From Phyllosticta citribraziliensis (taxonomy: Eukaryota): a stretch of DNA of 64,000 nt. How positions within the stretch are numbered: the stretch's first letter is position 1; every line of letters begins with the position of its first letter. Made by a program: the position numbers and the translations under genes. The notes below the pieces were generated by a model. It was given only the letters and a program-made list of their open reading frames with translations. It had not been told where the DNA came from and did no database searches. Where the stretch lies: assembly GCF_038025025.1 (NCBI RefSeq), contig NW_027117341.1, positions 682,001-746,000 on the forward strand, in the 5' to 3' direction. Below are positions 35,521 through 48,000 of the stretch, piece by piece.

Positions 35521-38500
35521 ATGTCTTTGTCGTCGTCGCCGGATCCTTTGTGTCTGGTGACGAGCTCGCCTACAAAACATGATCCAGATTTTGGGACTCT
35601 TAAGAGGAGCTCGAAGCCCTTGGCATCTCGGTCGCCAAATGTCCTAAGCTCGGATCCATTTGCTCCGTCATCAAAGCTTTCTCCCTCCAAGAGCATTACT
35701 ATGACCACGCCAAAGGGCAAGGATGGGTCTCCTTGGCGGATCAAAGTAACCGTTGAAGCTGAACCTGGTGAATCGCAAGACGAGAATTCCATGAGTTCTC
35801 CGACATCGAAGCGATCTACGCGCATCATTTCCCAGACCACATCGGTCCCGTTGAACGATACCGAAGGCCAATCACCAGTCAAAAGAAGAGGCAGGCCTCG
35901 CAAGTCAGACGCAGCGCTAGTAAACAATCCTCAGACAAAATCCGTCCCGCTCAACGATGCATCATCCCCAGCCAGACGAAGAGGACGACCCAGGAAATCC
36001 GACACGGTTCCCGCTCTTACTTCTCAGGTAGAAGCTGGAGCCGAGATCGAGAGTGGAACCTCCTCTCCCACCAAAAGAAGGGGCCGGCCCAGAAAATCTG
36101 ATGCTGGGAAGGATTCACCCAAACCGCGCACACGCACACCTGTCCGCCGATCCAGGAGGTCCATTGTGAGGAGCCCTGAGGAATCTCAGGAGTCTTCGGC
36201 CGAGGATGAATCTTACAAGCCCCGTTCTCGACCTCAAACGCGCACGCGCAAGCCTGAACGTGGGGATAGTCAAGTGCCAGAGCCAATCCTTGTCGATGCC
36301 ATGTACGGCCCACGGTCACTACCCTCACCGCATGCACAGCCAGATGCTGGTCACGCCGCGCAGCAGTCAGGGACATCGATGCGCACGACGCGCAGATCTG
36401 TCAGGGAGTCAAGGCGGACGCGAAACAGCGACGTTTTCAGTGCACCACCAGATGCCCAATCCGACGAGTCAGAAGATCAAGAGGATCAACAAGCCACTCC
36501 CCGAGCAGCCTCATCACAACCTCAGGACGACGACGCCAGCATGTGGCAATCCATGGTTTCCCATCAGAACAACAATCACGACGTTCCATCCGAAGAACAT
36601 GTTAACTCGGAAGATGAGCTCGACATTGTGAGGCCGGATGATGTTGGGGATACCACTATGCTCCACAGCGAGGAATTCAGCATGGTTTCTCTCGACTCAC
36701 TCCCAAGCATGCAGGTAGCTCGCGGACCAAAGCAGGCTGAAATCCCGGAGCCCAAAGCGCTGGCGCACGCAAAGCCTCCAGTCTTTGGGACAGACCCGAT
36801 TCCAAGACACCGTGCTCATGTCATCAGCCGCAATGCAATCTCTTCTCCTATACCCGACGTCAATGACTCAGTTGTGTCCGTCTCGTATATGCCTTCATCC
36901 CCACCCGTCAGGTTTCCAGTACGTACACCCTCCGGCAATCAGAAACTCAAGTCGCCCTCTGCTCCCCCAGCTGTTCAGCACGCGCATTTCTCTCCGACGA
37001 CCGCTGACACTCCAAAGCTTTTGAACGTTGTCAGCGCTGGGAGAGCACTCCAAGGCGTGTTGGGTGGGAACGAGGAAGACACTTCTGCAAGGCGAGGCTC
37101 AGCGGATTCATCTACTGGGTCGCAACGAACTGAGGCCAGCCTCCAAACCGTAAATTTTCAGGCCAACTCAATGGAGGAGCCCAATTCTTACTTTGGCGAT
37201 CAGCTGAATCAGTCCACTCAATCATCAAGACAGGAAATTTGCAGCAAAGTGTCGAACCCCCAGGGCGCCGCCGAGGATAACGACACAAACGGACCTGACG
37301 GAAGCGTGTTTGATGGCCCAAGCACCAGCTCTGCGCAGAATTCTTCTTCATATCATCGCCTTCCAACGCCAGAGGAGAGCCAACCATATTCGCTCACTTC
37401 CCCACCTCCGCCTGTTTCGCAAATTGTCACCGATCACTCCACCCTTGAGCCAGCAGCCCAACCTACACAGTTGATCAGCCCGGCCAGGAGCCATCAAAGT
37501 CAGACTTCCGAAGAGGATGATGCTGGAGCCCATACTCCAGAGTCTGAGGCCGACGAGCAGCAACAAGAAGAACAAAGCTCATCAGAGTTGCCCTCGAACG
37601 TGGACAGCTCTTTGACACAAAAGCCGGGCGAAAACTTCGACGCTTACTGGCAACGGCGACGAGAAGCGATTTCACGCAGAATTGCAGAGGCCAGCCCCGG
37701 AAAGGTCGTCGTCATCAACTCGGAGACTTCCAATGAGAGTGGGGAGTCTTCTGAGCTACCTCAGAGCCAAGAAGGTACCAAAGGCCCGGGAGATGACATT
37801 TGGGAAGAAGAGGCCAGTCGCTCTTCTGAAACCCGCGCTGCAGCTCGACGTGAAAGGCGCGAAAGGAGAAGGCAAGCGGCTGAACAATCAGAAAATTCTA
37901 GCGTCTTGAACACCAGCAATCATGGGAACGAAAGGTCGAGTGGTAGAACGCCGCAGTCCTCAGCCCGCGGATCATCATCAAGACAGGACCAATACGCTCC
38001 ATCATCTTCTGGTTCTCGCGCTCAGAGCTCTTCGAACAGGGAGTATAGCGCTCCTCGTAGCTCACAGAGAGCAAGCCAGAGCAATTCAGGCTCGGATGCG
38101 AACGAATCTGATAACACTGGTTTTTGGAGAGCAAGCTCTGAGCCCCGGCCGCCTTTTCATATTCCTCAAAATAGGAGGGACGACGGCCTCTCTGCCATTA
38201 TGGACCAAATCCAAACACCTCAGGATCAGACTCCGCGAGCGACTCCAAAGAAGGTGCCGGTATTCAAAGCGCCCTACAACGTGGGTGGAGGTTTCAATTC
38301 TCCTGTCCGCAGTAGCCCACTGAGACAGCAAGTCATGTTCTCGTCTCCCTCGGCTGTCAATAGCAGCCCGTATCAAAAGAACCAAATGACCGTTGAAAGC
38401 TCGATGATGGAAGAATCAGTATTCGAGGAGCCGGAGCCGGAGTCGTCTGAAGCTTCAGACATCAAGCAGTTGCAGAAGGAACTTTCAGCTCGTCGTCGTA

Positions 38501-39777
38501 GCAGCGGAGCTTTTGAGAATCGTCGGATGAGCCAGAGGTTTGACGAGGAAGATGAACAGATTGAGAAACAGATTGAAGAAGAGCGCACGCAGAGACTCTC
38601 GTTGGATCACAGCACCGCCAATCTTTCAAATGACTTCACGGCACCCAGCGTTGCTTCTGTTGAGCCAAGTCAACACTCCAGGGTCTCAGCGACTCGTTTG
38701 TCGGCCCAGTCCAGGTCAGGGGGCGCCGGCCGTCCTCGCAATCCTCTGTTCGATGGCCCAGTACCCAGACTTGCACCTGGCCCTGTCAGACCCAACGGAG
38801 ATGACACCCTCAGGAGTGTTGACACCACCCACGACGATGACATGGATATCGACGGCGAGGAGTACTCTCGGTCTTCTGTGAGGCAAGAGCACTCCCACAT
38901 GATGTCGCTGAACATGAATCGCTCGTATCCTCGTCTATTCGAGGAGCAAAACAGCAATGGTTCGCAGGGACAAGGACAACTGCACAGATCGTCATCTTCG
39001 ATCAACCAGCCGGAACCGCAGCCAATGCCTCAGCAGCAGCAGCAGCAGCAGCAAGGGGGCGGGCTATTCGGACGAATTTGGTCCAGTATCGCTCCCGTCC
39101 AGCAGGAGTCCAAGCCGGAGCCCGCACCCATCCAACCTACCGCGGCCGCACCCCAACCCATTTCACAGACCGCACCCAGGCCCTCCATCAGTGGAGAGCC
39201 TACCTCGTTGCCCAAACCAACGCGCCTCCGCCACCACAAGGACTTGCCCAAGCTCAAGCCCTTTAGCAAAACGCACTTTCTCACGCTCCACCACATCTGG
39301 TCGCGATATCTGACGCACCCAGCCGAATTTTCCCTCTCGCACACGTCAAACCAGCGCCTCGTCGCGCAGCCCGTCTTCAACGACTGCCCAACACCCATCC
39401 CCGGCGTCCACGGGCACCCTTCGTTCCTCCCGCTCGCCGTCTACTTCGACATCACTTTCCGCAACCGCGGCTACGAGGTCAAGTTCCCTGAAGAGCTCAT
39501 CGTCGTGGCGGCGCTCTTCATGACCCTGCTGAGTCTCGACGACGAGGCCGCGTACATGGCGCGGTATGGCGAGCCGCTGCGGTGGGAGGAGGTGCGCAGG
39601 AAGGGCGAGGGCAGGATCGGTGGCTTTGAGGTTATCCAGCGTCTGGGGTTCCTGGAAGTTGGTCGCATCATTCGTCGCCATGAGGCGCTGGGCAAACCGG
39701 TCAGTACGGTTGGTGGCGCGTATGTTCGATGGCCGGTTGCGACGCCTGGACCAGGGTGGGTGCCGCTGCCACGGTAG
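35521..39777 (+). CDS. Large, mostly disordered AT-hook DNA-binding protein (1418 aa, single ORF)
   Basis: Three RRGRPRK AT-hooks at about 35880-36100, N-terminal SPWRIKVTVEAEP motif, polyQ at 39031-39054, and a folded-looking C-terminal ~170 aa. Confidence 0.8.
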   Translation: MSLSSSPDPLCLVTSSPTKHDPDFGTLKRSSKPLASRSPNVLSSDPFAPSSKLSPSKSITMTTPKGKDGSPWRIKVTVEAEPGESQDENSMSSPTSKRSTRIISQTTSVPLNDTEGQSPVKRRGRPRKSDAALVNNPQTKSVPLNDASSPARRRGRPRKSDTVPALTSQVEAGAEIESGTSSPTKRRGRPRKSDAGKDSPKPRTRTPVRRSRRSIVRSPEESQESSAEDESYKPRSRPQTRTRKPERGDSQVPEPILVDAMYGPRSLPSPHAQPDAGHAAQQSGTSMRTTRRSVRESRRTRNSDVFSAPPDAQSDESEDQEDQQATPRAASSQPQDDDASMWQSMVSHQNNNHDVPSEEHVNSEDELDIVRPDDVGDTTMLHSEEFSMVSLDSLPSMQVARGPKQAEIPEPKALAHAKPPVFGTDPIPRHRAHVISRNAISSPIPDVNDSVVSVSYMPSSPPVRFPVRTPSGNQKLKSPSAPPAVQHAHFSPTTADTPKLLNVVSAGRALQGVLGGNEEDTSARRGSADSSTGSQRTEASLQTVNFQANSMEEPNSYFGDQLNQSTQSSRQEICSKVSNPQGAAEDNDTNGPDGSVFDGPSTSSAQNSSSYHRLPTPEESQPYSLTSPPPPVSQIVTDHSTLEPAAQPTQLISPARSHQSQTSEEDDAGAHTPESEADEQQQEEQSSSELPSNVDSSLTQKPGENFDAYWQRRREAISRRIAEASPGKVVVINSETSNESGESSELPQSQEGTKGPGDDIWEEEASRSSETRAAARRERRERRRQAAEQSENSSVLNTSNHGNERSSGRTPQSSARGSSSRQDQYAPSSSGSRAQSSSNREYSAPRSSQRASQSNSGSDANESDNTGFWRASSEPRPPFHIPQNRRDDGLSAIMDQIQTPQDQTPRATPKKVPVFKAPYNVGGGFNSPVRSSPLRQQVMFSSPSAVNSSPYQKNQMTVESSMMEESVFEEPEPESSEASDIKQLQKELSARRRSSGAFENRRMSQRFDEEDEQIEKQIEEERTQRLSLDHSTANLSNDFTAPSVASVEPSQHSRVSATRLSAQSRSGGAGRPRNPLFDGPVPRLAPGPVRPNGDDTLRSVDTTHDDDMDIDGEEYSRSSVRQEHSHMMSLNMNRSYPRLFEEQNSNGSQGQGQLHRSSSSINQPEPQPMPQQQQQQQQGGGLFGRIWSSIAPVQQESKPEPAPIQPTAAAPQPISQTAPRPSISGEPTSLPKPTRLRHHKDLPKLKPFSKTHFLTLHHIWSRYLTHPAEFSLSHTSNQRLVAQPVFNDCPTPIPGVHGHPSFLPLAVYFDITFRNRGYEVKFPEELIVVAALFMTLLSLDDEAAYMARYGEPLRWEEVRRKGEGRIGGFEVIQRLGFLEVGRIIRRHEALGKPVSTVGGAYVRWPVATPGPGWVPLPR

Positions 39778-41326
39778 AGTGTGCCAGCCTCGTTGGCACG
39801 TTGACGTGTTGGATGGTTGGTTTGACGTGTGATGTTTGATGTTTTTCTCGCGACTGGCGATTCATGGTTCTTGATTTCTACTTGGTGTTGGATCTAGCGG
39901 CGTTGGGACTTCCTCTGTGCCTTACTATTTGGTCCATGCCTCTTGAATGGCCTAAGTGCTTTATTGCTTCCATTTCTCTACTCAAATTTCGTCCTTTTGC
40001 TAGATAGCTGCTGGGCACTTGGGTACTTTGTCAAAACGGGACGCTGTGGGCCCGGAGTCAGTACTGTACAGTAAGTACATACGAAGCTTAAACGACATTC
40101 CCCCATCTTCAATATCTGCCGCTTCACTTCAGAATATCTCATTTACCTCAAATATCCCGCAAATGTTTCTCTCCCAGTCCAAAGCCCATGGATGACACCC
40201 TCCGACTATGCATCCTGATATCTCAGCCCACCCTGCTCCTCTTTGCATTCCGCAGTCTCGATCCCACTTCCCATTCCAGCCGCATGCGGGCCCGTAGTAT
40301 CATGCACGCTCTGCCCTTGATCGCCCAGCTGGCCCGGGCCGCACCGCACTTCGCGGTCGTGGGACAAATAAACAAGCGCATCGTACGCGTGCCTTGCTTG
40401 CGACCCGCGCATCTTTGGATGCGCGTGGCCGGGTTTGCGGTAAGGTCGGTTGTGATGCGGATTGGAGGTACATTGGCGAGGAGTGGGAGAGCAATGGTGC
40501 AGTGATTATGAAGCGAGAGAAGATGAAGAGAAGAGCAAGACGAGAAGGTAGGGAGGAAGTGAAGGCTGACTGACTGTCTCTTCTTGCCCACACCACACCA
40601 CACGCACGCCATGCGTACATGGCCATGGCGATCAGCACGCGGCCATGGAATCCTAACCGTCATGATCGACTGTAAATCGTGTCATGAAATTAGGTCGTCA
40701 AACTTTGTCTGTCTCCCTGACCATCCATTCCAATCACGCCCGGGCATTTGCCATCGCTCACTCCACACCCACCTCCCTACCTACCTGTACCCTCAAACAG
40801 CCTTCCACACAACAGTACAGTGAGGTATGCCTCCAAATCTCAAGGGCCACAATTCGACATCAACAGGACTCAATTCTCTAGCTGCGTCACCCCACACGGA
40901 TGCACCGACCAGAAAGCACCAACACTCTGCATAACGACAAGACGGGGGGGCCAGCTAGATGGGCCGAAAAACGCAAGATATGACATCGCTTTCCTAGCGC
41001 CTTCCTTGACTCGACCTGGTACAAGAGTGAAAGAGAAAAAGAGAAGAAAAAAAGCTGAACAGAGCAGAAGGAAATCTATGCACATATGACGGCGCGGGTC
41101 AGGACAGCAAGGCCAGAGAAGAGACAAAGAGCGCCCTGCATCTAATACCATAGCGCAGCCCCAAATGGCTGCCGCGAAATCATCGCCAACCCATACCTGC
41201 GGCAGGAATCGGCGCGCGTCTGATGCTGAGAGGAGCCGTGGACGTCTGCCTCCCGGCGCTGCCTGCTCTGAACTACCCGCCGCTCGGAGACTGTACTGTA
41301 CTATCATCGACGGAACCTACGCGGGC

Positions 41327-42507
41327 TCATCCGCGCTGCCGACTACGGATCTCGGTTTGAGAGACTTCGATGGTGCGTCTCCCATCATCGTACAAACCCC
41401 TAGCGACGACGGGGTCCGTCTCGACGGCCGTCGTCGAGCCATTCGTGCGTTGTTCTACCTCCTCATCCGTGTCGAGCTCGATGCCCTCGACGAGCACCTT
41501 TTCCTCCTCCTTCTTGGCCTTCTTCGCGGGCCGCTTGGTGCCGAGCGGCGGGTCGAAGCGCTTGCGCACCGTCTCGATCATCTTGCCGAACCAGTAGAAG
41601 TTGAGCGAGTTGAGCGTCAGGTTGGAGGCGAGATACGTGTACGCGAGCCACATGGGCACCGTCTGCTCGTCGCCCGCGAAGCGCATCATGTGGCTCGTCG
41701 CCGTGTCGGCGGGCCCGCCCGGCTGCGTCAGCGCGCGGTAGACGTCGTAGAAGCAGCGGATCGACGAGTAGGTGCCCCAGCAGAGGCGCGCGCCGAAGAA
41801 GCTGCCGATCAGCAGGAAGCCGTTGTAGAGCTGCAGCTTGGAGCCCGTCAGGTTGAGCTTGTCGCAGAACCAGTGGACGTTGAGGAAGGGGCTCGACAGC
41901 TCGTAGAGGATGAACGTCGTCGCGTAGTAGTTGACAAAGGGGCGCTGCAGAAAAAGCATGAGGAGTCAATGATTGGCCCGTCTCGGCGCCGGCGAAGCTC
42001 GTTTGAGGCACAGGAGATACGTACGAAGCCAAAGCTGAAGACTGCCAACGCGCTGACTGCATGGGCCAGCAATCCAAGTCCAAATTCTCTAACGTAGCGC
42101 AGGCTTATCCACAAGTCCCATACAAAGTATCCGCAGGCCAGGGCCTGGACGAGCCCGCAACCTCCAGTGTACCCCCACACCCGCCCTCTCCAGTTCATTT
42201 CGGCGCGCTCGTCGTCCACCCAGTGTACCCACAGCGCAACGGCATTGATCAGGGTGCTTTGTAGCAGTGACACGACATGGACGTCCCAGTTTATGCGCGT
42301 CCGCCGGTTGAATTGGGGATATATCTTGGGGAAGAAGCGGGTAGAGAGCCATGGCGAGACCACGGTACAGGTGACGTGATAGAGCAGCGCGGCGAGCAGC
42401 ACTTCGTGGATATGGATGGGGAGCGTGGTGAGGCCGAGGCGATAGGCCAAGGGCTCGACGGCTCGCTGGAGAGCCTTGGGAGCCTCGAATGGGAACGGGT
42501 CGAGCAT
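41327..42507 (-). CDS. TLC-domain (TRAM/LAG1/CLN8; TMEM56/Tda4-like) membrane protein (intron 42024-41945)
   Basis: NWDVHVVSLLQS, GYFVWDL, LAHAVSAL, YELSSPFLNVHWF, FFGARL, LNSLNFYWFGKMI. Confidence 0.9.
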
Positions 42508-43394
42508 GGTGGGCGCCGAGGACGAGAGAGGCGAGAGGTGGAGAGCGAGCCTATAGGCAGCGAGCTCGAGCGGGGCTCTGGAATGGGGAGCGGGAAGACG
42601 GCGGGGAGGGAGGAATTTTTAGATTCTTGAAGGCGCAGAAGACATGATAAGGAGGGAGAGGTCGGAGCGTGACGGTCGGAGGGGCACGCGAGGGGAGGGT
42701 TTGTTGGAGGCCAGGAAGAAGGTAGAGGGAGCAGATGTGAGATGGGAAAGGGTAGAGCCGCAAAGGCGCAGGATCCCTGCACCAGCTGCCTTCGATTGTT
42801 GGGACGTGAACGTGAACCCCGAGTTGGCGTGACTAAGCAGCCAGCCGAGGACCAACGCCGGCCCAGCAGCACGCATGCGGTCTCAGTCTTCGTTTGTCTG
42901 GCACATGAGGTCTTTGACGCTGAAAATGCCCCGTCATGGGCGTCTCTCTGTTTGATTTTGTCCTGTGCCCAAAGTGCCTTGTGTTCCCGCCTGCAACACG
43001 CGCTCCCCTCAGCCGGCAGAGCCATGTGATGGCGCCTCGGCCGTCCATCCACGACGCACCTTTTTCCCCTGCCTCACATGACGTTGGCTTGATCCTTTGT
43101 TGCTCCTCCTCTATCTACGGCGACTGGCCTGCAAGCACAACTGGGGTCGTGAGCCCAACGTGCGTCACTTGCAAGCACCAGGTGTACAAGACCCAGGCCC
43201 AGCGTTGTGACTGGCAAAAGGAACCAACTCGAGATGCACTGCGTCGGATCGACGTGGCCTGTGTCTGGCCTTGCGACGTCTCAACGCCGCGAATTCCTTG
43301 GGTCTACGTCAACTGTGACGTGCCTGGGGCGGGGAAGTGGCTCATTTGCTCGGAGCCAACATACATCCAACTTGAATGAATTCCGTTGGGCTCC

Positions 43395-44420
43395 TCATCC
43401 AAGATAGATGTTGTCACGCATTCTTTGAAGGTTTTCCAAGAACCCGCCACTCTTTTCCGGGGCTTTGGCCTTGTCCTCAACTTTCGGGGGATCTGGTTTC
43501 CTTTGTGGCGGATTGCGGTTGTTTTTAAATTGCCTGTGGCGGTCCTCCGCGAGCCTGACCAAGCCATCTACAAATCTCGTGCGCGCCTTCTCTTCAGCAG
43601 TGTCTTTCCAGACCTGAGAGAGCTCACGGAGGGCCTGGATGCGTGTTTGCGCAGCCTCCAAGCCGTCGTCTGTACCGGTGATGAGCTCAGCAATCTCATT
43701 GCGCAGTCTCTCGGCAAATTCTCGTCCTTTTTCTTCGCGGCTTTGACTCTCTGATCCAGGTTCGGGAGCAGATACAGACACGAGGGACGAGGCAAAGGAA
43801 ACCTCGGAAGGGGCCAGCGTCCACTGCATAGCTTCGCCAAAGACTTTGATGACGCTCTCTAGGCGCGAGCGGACCAGCGTCAATGTGCGCAAGTGGTTGA
43901 GATGTTCGGGCTCCGAGGAGACTTGAGAACTTCTTTGCAGAGCCTCTGCGCTGGCAGTGCTGGGCCGTGTCGCGGGTTCATCGGGCCTGTCGCTGGAGGG
44001 CAATGCGCTTGAGGTGGGCTCTATCCTGAGGCCACCTGGAACAAACTTGGCCACATCGTCCTTCAGTCCATCTGTCAGGGCCTCGGACAATCCAGTAGTC
44101 TCGCCTCTTAGGACCTCTACTTCGTAGGCAAGCCTAGCGCCGCTCCGCAAAATGTCGTCCGTCATTTGGGTGAGCACGGCCGATAAGCGGGTGGTCTGAG
44201 CATTCAGCTGCGACAACAAGGTCTGTGTTTGTACCGAGAGCTCTGCCAGAGGGACGTCGGATGCATTGCGAGATCTGGCGGTTGACAAGGCGGGGAGGAC
44301 GGCGTTGAGGTGGTCGACGGGGTCGAAGTGGGGCTGGATGAAGGGCGCCAGGGACGGATCAGAGACGTGGGAGGACTTGGGCTCGACGACGGAAGCGCGG
44401 TGGGCGTCAGACACGGCCAT
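43395..44420 (-). CDS. COG7: COG7-like subunit of the conserved oligomeric Golgi complex (alternative start 44468)
   Basis: N-terminal FDPVDHLNAVL..LLSQL..QMTDDILRSGARLAYEVEVLRGET resembles the COG7 N-terminus as recalled ([31 protein letters not shown]). Predicted helical. Confidence 0.55.
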   Translation of the reverse strand: MAVSDAHRASVVEPKSSHVSDPSLAPFIQPHFDPVDHLNAVLPALSTARSRNASDVPLAELSVQTQTLLSQLNAQTTRLSAVLTQMTDDILRSGARLAYEVEVLRGETTGLSEALTDGLKDDVAKFVPGGLRIEPTSSALPSSDRPDEPATRPSTASAEALQRSSQVSSEPEHLNHLRTLTLVRSRLESVIKVFGEAMQWTLAPSEVSFASSLVSVSAPEPGSESQSREEKGREFAERLRNEIAELITGTDDGLEAAQTRIQALRELSQVWKDTAEEKARTRFVDGLVRLAEDRHRQFKNNRNPPQRKPDPPKVEDKAKAPEKSGGFLENLQRMRDNIYLG

Positions 44421-44809
44421 GGCGACGAGACGAGGCTGCTGGTGTTGGTGTTGGTGTTTGTGGAGCATCCCTAGGCTGAGGACCTGAGACTAACCACGGC
44501 ACGGCAGCAGTAGGCGGGGCGGGGCGGAGCGGAGGCGGGCCGCGAGGGTCAGGGCAGGGCAGGCACACGGTTCAGTCAACCGCCAGCCTGCACTCAACAC
44601 CCCAACGCCAACGCTGCCTGGCGCCGCCTGGGTGCATCCATCCGCTGGCCCTGCCCTGCAATGCTCATGATGCTAGGTACATGTAGAATCCACTCTCTTC
44701 CTGTTCATTCCCATCGCAGTCAACGTACATGCAACGTGGGCGTCGCCCCAAGGTCCGCTCCATAGCTCGTCGTTTCTGGCAGTTGCTCCAGATTGGGCAA
44801 CCTGGGTGA

Positions 44810-44902
44810 CCTCTTTTCCTCTTTTCCTCTTTTCCTCTTTTCCTCTTTTCCTCTTTTACTCTTTTCCTCTTTCCCTCTTTCCCTCTTTCCCTCCTTCCCT
44901 CT
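44810..44902. repeat. (CCTCTTTT)n pyrimidine tandem repeat in the divergent promoter between the COG7-like and PARP-E2 genes
   Basis: About 11 degenerate 8-bp units, ~90 nt almost purely C/T. Confidence 0.9.
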
Positions 44903-45045
44903 CCACGACAGCGACAGCGCCCACCGCAGCGCAGCGTAGCGTTGACTCTTCTCGCGACCCCCTCTCTTCGTGATCCGCCTCCCTTCCACCTTTCCATCGC
45001 CCTCCCACTCATTATTTCGCATCCATCGCTCCCACGCGTTGCACC

Positions 45046-48000
45046 ATGCCCCGGAAGGCTTACAACGCAGACCTGCGCGCCGTCATCGACTCGCAAGACA
45101 TTCCTCAAGGCGTTTCCGCCGTCCGAAGAGGTGAAGACGATGGCTGGATCGACTTCAACTTCGCTCCCCCCTCGGGCGGAAGCTTCCCAATCACCGCCAT
45201 GGTTTCCGACGTCTCTGACTATCCATCGTCTCACAGCTACATCCTGATGGTCGGCGAATCATCTCCTCCAGAGTTTACCAATCCTTTGGCCCTTGCCAGC
45301 AACAGCCTCCAGTCTGGGCTGAGCATACGAAGTCTTCTTGATCACGTCTCACAATTCTTCTACGACGAGGACAACGACTCGCTGGGATCCGACGTTGACG
45401 ATAGCAGTGACGCAACGGACAACGACCAATATGATGACTCTGAAGATGACCGCGGCCTTTTTGACTTTGATGGTGATTCTCCCTCTACTCAGTACAGACC
45501 TGAGACCCACTCGAACAGCACTCTTTCGCTGGAAGACCGGAACAAGATTCGTGCCGATCTTCGACTTGTCAAACAAGCTGGATACAGAGTTGGCGCATTC
45601 CCCTCCCTCCTCCAAGGCCAGCCCACCTACCTGTCAATATCTTGCAAGGTCAAGCGACTAGGAATCTCCGAAGAAGCAATGCAAGCCTGGAATATCGCTC
45701 CGGAAGATTACTTGATCCTGCTCATCCGATATCCGCAGGGCTACCAAGGTCTCGACGGTCGTGAGACTTCGCACGTCCCATCAAAGGCATCCGTTGAATT
45801 TCGAACCGGCATTGGATCCTCTTACAAGCCGGACACCAACGAAATCTGCAAAGCCTTTTCCTCGTCGGGCTTCAAGGCCCAGGCGGGCAGTGATCAAGGA
45901 GCAGTCGGCTTTCGGATGCACTTCATATCAGAAGCCATGCACCATCTTCTGAACGACACCTTCCTCATGCTGTTCAAGTGCAGGCTTTTGGGCATGTCCT
46001 GGGACGGCGCCATGCTCTTCTATCACGACCACCAGGGCGCTGTGGGGCTCAATGCTGATAGTGTCATTGCCACCAAGGATCCAAAGTATCATCGCCAAAC
46101 CGCACCAAACAGCGCATTCCCCGCGATAGTCACGGCTGACCACGTCAATGACCATGGCTCCAATATGCCATTATCGCTTCCGCTCGTTGCCATGCAGTTT
46201 TTCGTCCGCAGCTTCGTCCGCTCGCCTGACTATTGTCTCATCTGCCATCGACGCATGCCGGATGGGCTCGAGGCACTCAAACCCTACGTCTGTGATATTC
46301 CCCTTTGCTTATTTCAATACATGCAAATGGGTCTCGGACCTCGCATCGAACACGAAATCATGACCCAACCAAGGGTTGTCGATCTGCTCGTCACTCTCTG
46401 CTATTGCAGTGCCAAAACGAAGGCCCTTGATTCGAACCATCTGCCCAAAGGCCTTGGGTTGAGAATACCCCCTCTCGAGGTACTCCGCTTCGCTCAGATC
46501 AATACCGCCGCAAAGACCATTGATGGTATCACCTGGAACCTGAGGAGCGACGAGTCCCGGGAGCATCCATTACCAAAGACCAGTATAAACGTACGGGTGA
46601 ATATGGACCACGGAGACATAACGTTTCCGGCTGGCACGATGCGCAGCGATCTCGGTATCAAGAGAGGCGATTGGGTCGCGTTCAAGCTGCGATCATGGTC
46701 TGAAATCCTCCACGCCAAAATTGAGGACACCGTGGACTATCCCATGGTCCGGATATCCAGGCCTATCGTCATGCCGCTCACGCCTCTGCAGTCATCTGTC
46801 AGAGATGCTGCAAATCCAGACAAGAAGCCTAGCATTTCGCTGCCGTCCGGACCCCTGGACGCCTCAGTCTGGCTATATACCACTGATAGCGACAGCATGG
46901 AAGATAGTGAGATGCGGGAAGCGCTTTGGCTTCTCCTCGAAATGCTACCGAGCGTCAAAGAAATGAAGAATCACGTGGACCGTTCAGTGGATCTCAAGTC
47001 TTGGTCTGACCGCATTCCTCCGCCGGTGCTGGGCTTGCTCCGCTGGATCATCGCTTCGAACAGAGCGTGTATCATGCAAATTGATCTTCCGGATCCATCT
47101 AGCACTCTTCTTGCCGATGCAGGTAGACAAGAGGCGGTCTTTGGCATGCCAGGATGGATGCAGTTCAAGTTCGCCATGGGAGCACCAGTAAGTCGGCCAC
47201 TGTGTTTTCTTCGCCTGAGCTGAAGGCTGACTGCGCAACAGGACAAAGAGAGGAGGTTCTTGCAATCAGTCGGAACGATCAAGAACGAGATGAATCTCAA
47301 AATCGCCACACTATTCGCGTGGCACGGTAGCGGTCTTCAAAATTGGCATTCCATCATCCGCGATGGTCTCAATTTTTCCAGGGTCGTCAATGGCAGAGCA
47401 TACGGGGATGGCATCTATTTTGCTCGAGACGCTGGCACGAGCATGGGTTACAGCTCGAGATCTGCTTCACCATGCGATTCTTACCTTTGGCCTTTGAGTG
47501 AGATCAAGCCAGGCGTCATTCTTTCTCTGAATGAGGTTGTCAACGCGCCAAGCAAGTTCCGGTCCAGCAATCCCTACTACGTGGTGCAGCACCTGGACTG
47601 GACCCAAACTCGCTACCTATTTGTTCAGAAGCAGTATCGTGAAGGCGACTTGATGGTGCAGCATGCAAAAGAGGTGCCTGTTCCAACATTCTTCCTTCCT
47701 CAGGACCCTGCAGTCACGCCCAGAGGCTCGTCCTCTGCGAGCCTTGTGATACCGGCTTCGAAAACGCTGCGGAATGCCAATCATGCCGTTTCAGTGGGAA
47801 GCAAGAAGTTCAAGGCCCAAGGCTCCGCATCTGACCCCATCAGCATTGACGACGATAGTGCGTCCAGTGTGGTGACGGAGGACGAAGACCGCGAGCTGCT
47901 TGAGCTAGAGGAGGAAACCATTCAGGAACCAGCGAGACCAATGACTGACTTTGTGCCGGGAACTCTCGACCGCAGCAAGCTCCCGACAATGGCGCCTCCA

